From: Gallionella sp.
Lineage (GTDB): Bacteria; Pseudomonadota; Gammaproteobacteria; Burkholderiales; Gallionellaceae
Reading direction: 5' to 3'
Length of the DNA stretch: 32,698 bases
Assembly: GCA_049693175.1 (NCBI GenBank)
Contig: JBAVPP010000402.1
Location: 1 to 32,698 of the forward strand
In this document: positions 29,795 through 32,698 of the stretch, in pieces
Layout of the letters: each line of letters begins with the position of its first letter
Position numbering within the stretch: position 1 is the stretch's first letter
Translations under genes and position numbers: made by a program
The notes under the pieces: model-generated
Told to the model about the DNA's origin: nothing
The model's database searches: none
What the model saw: only the letters and a program-made list of their open reading frames with translations

Positions 29795-29820
29795 AAAAAA
29801 GCCGCCCGAAGGCGGCTTTT
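29795..29820 (-). terminator. Intrinsic terminator after rpsI
   Basis: aaaaaagccgcc-cgaa-ggcggctttt (UUCG loop on the minus strand). Confidence 0.88.
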
Positions 29821-29860
29821 CGTATCCATCCCAACCGCTGCGCGGGGGACAGAACAGCGA

Positions 29861-30253
29861 TTAACGTTTGGAGAATTGCTTCCTGCGACGCGCTTTGCGC
29901 AAGCCGACTTTCTTACGTTCAACTTCACGCGCATCACGTGTCACCAAACCCGCAGCCTTCAACACGGGTTTCAAATCAGCGTTGTAGTCGATCAGCGCGC
30001 GAGTGATACCGTGGCGCACCGCACCCGCTTGACCGGACTCACCGCCGCCCGCGACGTTGACCATGATGTCGAACTTGCCGATCATCTCGGTCAAAACCAA
30101 AGGTTGACGTGCAACCATACGACCTGTTTCGCGCGAAAAGAATTCGTCGATAGGCTTGTCGTTCACAACGATGTCGCCCTTACCGGCTTTGATAAACACA
30201 CGAGCGACCGCGCTTTTGCGACGACCCGTTCCGTAGTTATAAGAAACGCTCAT
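29861..30253 (-). CDS. rpsI: 30S ribosomal protein S9
   Basis: [28 protein letters not shown]. Confidence 0.99.
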   Translation of the reverse strand: MSVSYNYGTGRRKSAVARVFIKAGKGDIVVNDKPIDEFFSRETGRMVARQPLVLTEMIGKFDIMVNVAGGGESGQAGAVRHGITRALIDYNADLKPVLKAAGLVTRDAREVERKKVGLRKARRRKQFSKR

Positions 30254-30255
30254 GA

Positions 30256-30693
30256 TTACGCTTTCAACAAGTTAACTGGTTTGGGTTGTTGCGCTTCGTG
30301 TGGATGCGCAGCTCCGGCATACACTTTCATTTTGCGCAACATCGCATAGCCCAACGGGCCTTTAGGCAACATGCCTTTGACGGCTTTTTCCAACACGCGG
30401 CTAGGATGACGACCTTGCAGCTTGGTGAAGTTAGTCGTGTACAGACCGCCGGGGTAACCCGTATGGCGATGGTACAACTTGGCTTCCGCCTTGTTGCCAG
30501 TCACGCGCAGCTTATCCGCGTTGACCACAACGACGAAATCGCCAGTATCCACGTGCGGTGTGTAAATCGCTTTATGCTTGCCGCGCAAACGGGAAGCGAT
30601 TTGTGCAGCCAAGCGGCCTAGCACTTGGTCTGCTGCGTCAACCAGAAGCCAGTCGTGCTGGACTTCTTGGGCTTTAGCGGAAAATGTTTTCAT
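30256..30693 (-). CDS. rplM: 50S ribosomal protein L13
   Basis: [35 protein letters not shown]. Confidence 0.99.
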   Translation of the reverse strand: MKTFSAKAQEVQHDWLLVDAADQVLGRLAAQIASRLRGKHKAIYTPHVDTGDFVVVVNADKLRVTGNKAEAKLYHRHTGYPGGLYTTNFTKLQGRHPSRVLEKAVKGMLPKGPLGYAMLRKMKVYAGAAHPHEAQQPKPVNLLKA

Positions 30694-30868
30694 AGCCACA
30701 ATTCCTAAAAATTCTATAAGTAAACCTCGAAGGGCGCGCATTCTATTTCAGTCACCCTTAGCTGTCAAACCCTTTTTGGCTTTATACGCTACGCTTAATC
30801 AGATAGGGCATTCCGTCACGTGCCAAATCCGCTACCATGCGCACCTTTATTCCATCGCCCACTCAAAT

Positions 30869-31621
30869 ATGTCCTGGCTCATCACCAATTTTCTCGCCGC
30901 ATTTTTACTTCCGCCGCTAAGTTTATTGCTCCTGCTCGCACTGGTCATTTTTTATTTTAATCGTCGCCGCAAACTCGCCTACGCGGCTTTAATCGCGCTG
31001 TTCATTCTTCTTGGACTGGCATCCACGCCTTATATCGCCGAGGCCGCGCTACACACATTAGAGGCTCGCAGCAAGGCTTTGCACTCGCCTATCACTGCCG
31101 CCGATGCCATCGTCGTCATCGGTGGCGGCAGTTATGCTCACGCGCCGGAATTCGGCGGCGCAAGCACCGTCAATGAATACAGCTTGCAACGGGTGAGGTA
31201 TGGCGCGAAATTGTACCGCGCCACAGGGAAACCCATATTGGTCAGCGGTGGAAAGCCCACAGGTAGTGCGACGGGCGAAGCCTCGCAAATGCGCAATGCA
31301 CTGGAGCAGGAATTTCTCGTTCCGGTACGCTGGATAGAAGACAATTCCGACAACACATATGAGAATGCGCGCAACTCCTATCAAATCTTGCATCCGCTGG
31401 GTATAGACAAAATCTATCTGGTCACCCACGCCTGGCATATGCCGCGCGCCGCACAAGCTTTCCGCGAAGCTGGCTTCACCGTCATTGAAGCTCCCACCGC
31501 TTACACCACTCGTGAACGCATGGATATTCTCGCGTTTGTCCCGCGCGTGGAATCCTTGCGCGACAGCAAAATTTATATCCATGAGATGGTAGGATTGCTC
31601 TGGTATCGCATAAAATCCTGA
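30869..31621 (+). CDS. YdcF / DUF218 (ElyC-like) envelope protein
   Basis: Two N-terminal TM helices, DAIVVIGGG, LVSGG, S.NTYENA, LVTHAWHMPRA, HE..G..WY. Confidence 0.88.
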   Translation: MSWLITNFLAAFLLPPLSLLLLLALVIFYFNRRRKLAYAALIALFILLGLASTPYIAEAALHTLEARSKALHSPITAADAIVVIGGGSYAHAPEFGGASTVNEYSLQRVRYGAKLYRATGKPILVSGGKPTGSATGEASQMRNALEQEFLVPVRWIEDNSDNTYENARNSYQILHPLGIDKIYLVTHAWHMPRAAQAFREAGFTVIEAPTAYTTRERMDILAFVPRVESLRDSKIYIHEMVGLLWYRIKS

Positions 31622-31625
31622 CCTT

Positions 31626-31741
31626 TGTCATTCCCGCGTAGGCGGAAATCCAGCGGTTTAATTTTATAGGCATCTTGGTATTGTCCTCGCTAAGCGAGGT
31701 TATTCTTAACTATCCGGATTCCCGCCTACGCGGGAACGACG
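31626..31741. repeat. 116-bp inverted REP doublet, same family as 17004-17118, opposite orientation
   Basis: gtcattcccgcgtaggcggaaatccag ... ccggattcccgcctacgcgggaacgacg with an internal hairpin cctcgc-taa-gcgagg. Confidence 0.85.
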
Positions 31742-31762
31742 GATACAATGACGAGGTATTCA

Positions 31763-32188
31763 ATGAAAGCACGAGTGAAATGGGTGGAACAAGTCGCTTT
31801 TTTGGGCGAAACGGAAAGTAATCATGCGGTGTTGATGGACGGCTCACCCGCTGCCGGTGGGCGCAATTTAGGACCGCGCCCAATGGAAATGTTATTGCTG
31901 GGTGCGGGTGGCTGCACCAGTTTCGATGTCATCAGCATCTTGAAAAAAAGTCGCCAAGCGGTGACCGATTGCTATGTGGAACTGACCGCCGAACGCGCCG
32001 AGACCGACCCCAAAGTCTTCACTACCATCCACATGCATTTTGTTGTCACGGGTCGCGACATCAAACCCGAAATGGTGGAAAAAGCCATCAAATTATCGGC
32101 GGAAAAATATTGCTCGGCATCCATCATGCTAGGCGCGACCGCCAAGGTGACGCATGATTTTGAGGTGGTGCAAGAAATGGGGAAGTAA
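31763..32188 (+). CDS. OsmC family protein (YhfA-like)
   Basis: MKARVKW, GPRPMEMLLLGAGGCT..DV, LSAEKYCSAS; ATG 31763 follows GAGG. Confidence 0.9.
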   Translation: MKARVKWVEQVAFLGETESNHAVLMDGSPAAGGRNLGPRPMEMLLLGAGGCTSFDVISILKKSRQAVTDCYVELTAERAETDPKVFTTIHMHFVVTGRDIKPEMVEKAIKLSAEKYCSASIMLGATAKVTHDFEVVQEMGK

Positions 32189-32257
32189 AAAGTGGGGAGT
32201 GGCGGTTTTCGTACTATCCACTTAGGTGGCACGCAGTGCCGTTCCACTCACCGATTT

Positions 32258-32698
32258 TCAGACCCAGTAAACCGTATTCGTCATCAACTTGCCATTGAGT
32301 TTCATCGCCCATTGCACGGGTTGCGGCAGCGGCGCGCCGCCTAGCTCCACCGCCATGTCGGCGTGTGAGGCTTCATCGACAGCCATTTGCGTGACAATGG
32401 CACGACTCTTCACATCTTGCGCGGGCAGTTTTTCCAGATGGCTTTGCAAATGGTGACCGACTTGACGTTCGGTCTCCGCGAGAAAACCTAAATTCCATTT
32501 ATCACCTATCACACCGGCGAACGCGCCCAACGCCAGCGAACCTGTGTACCACAATGGGTCTAGCAAGCTCAGGCGACCACCCAATTCATGCACGCGATGC
32601 GCTGTCCAAGCCAAGTGTTCAGTCTCTTCCTGCGCCGCCAAATTCAAGCGTTGTTGCACCACCGGATCACGCGCCGTGAGTGCTTGCCCCTGATACAA
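32258..32698 (-). CDS. coq7: Demethoxyubiquinone hydroxylase Coq7, 5' end beyond the window
   Basis: Di-iron motifs EETEHLAW, FLAETERQV..HL, DEASHA. Confidence 0.92.
   Translation of the reverse strand: MYQGQALTARDPVVQQRLNLAAQEETEHLAWTAHRVHELGGRLSLLDPLWYTGSLALGAFAGVIGDKWNLGFLAETERQVGHHLQSHLEKLPAQDVKSRAIVTQMAVDEASHADMAVELGGAPLPQPVQWAMKLNGKLMTNTVYWV

Noticed and set aside
30578..30868. Extended N-termini in the ORF track (DUF218 gene; likewise pstB, pstS, HDAC, rpmB, rplM, aroE, M23)
   Set aside because: They overlap neighbouring genes or promoter regions; downstream starts fit family N-termini and/or SD positions better
32189..32257. Weak inverted repeat between the OsmC gene and coq7
   Set aside because: The stem is imperfect and lacks a clear U-tract, so it cannot be called a terminator or RNA

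Overview
A mostly core-genome window from a betaproteobacterium. The gene set and order suggest Nitrosomonadales, perhaps Gallionellaceae, which is an inference only. Genes in order: a DUF4442-like hotdog-fold gene, a Pat-type acyl-CoA-ligase/GNAT acetyltransferase divergent from a Zn-dependent deacetylase, a DUF3579-like gene, pstSCAB (with a Pho box) back-to-back with arsR-arsC-acr3, a divergent mgtE-like/corA-like pair, a PAS-GGDEF-EAL protein, aroE-mtgA, htpX, a hybrid histidine kinase coupled to a Tat-exported HiPIP, tyrS-rpmB-rpmG, M23 peptidase-anmK, argC-DUF6776-bactofilin-erpA, rplM-rpsI, a DUF218 gene, an OsmC/YhfA gene and a partial coq7. I saw no CRISPR array, tRNA, rRNA, transposase or phage gene. 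The most unusual signals are: (1) an MgtE paralogue that appears to have lost its pore Asp and several other acidic residues, facing a CorA fused to an MgtE-type N-domain with GMS instead of GMN; (2) a four-hairpin anti-SD small RNA behind an ECF-sigma-like promoter; (3) an unannotated 28-aa membrane peptide gene with promoter, T7-g10-like leader and terminator; (4) a TtrS-like hybrid kinase translationally coupled to a HiPIP; (5) a ~115-bp REP-doublet element family showing compensatory changes. All family calls come from motif recognition, not database searches.
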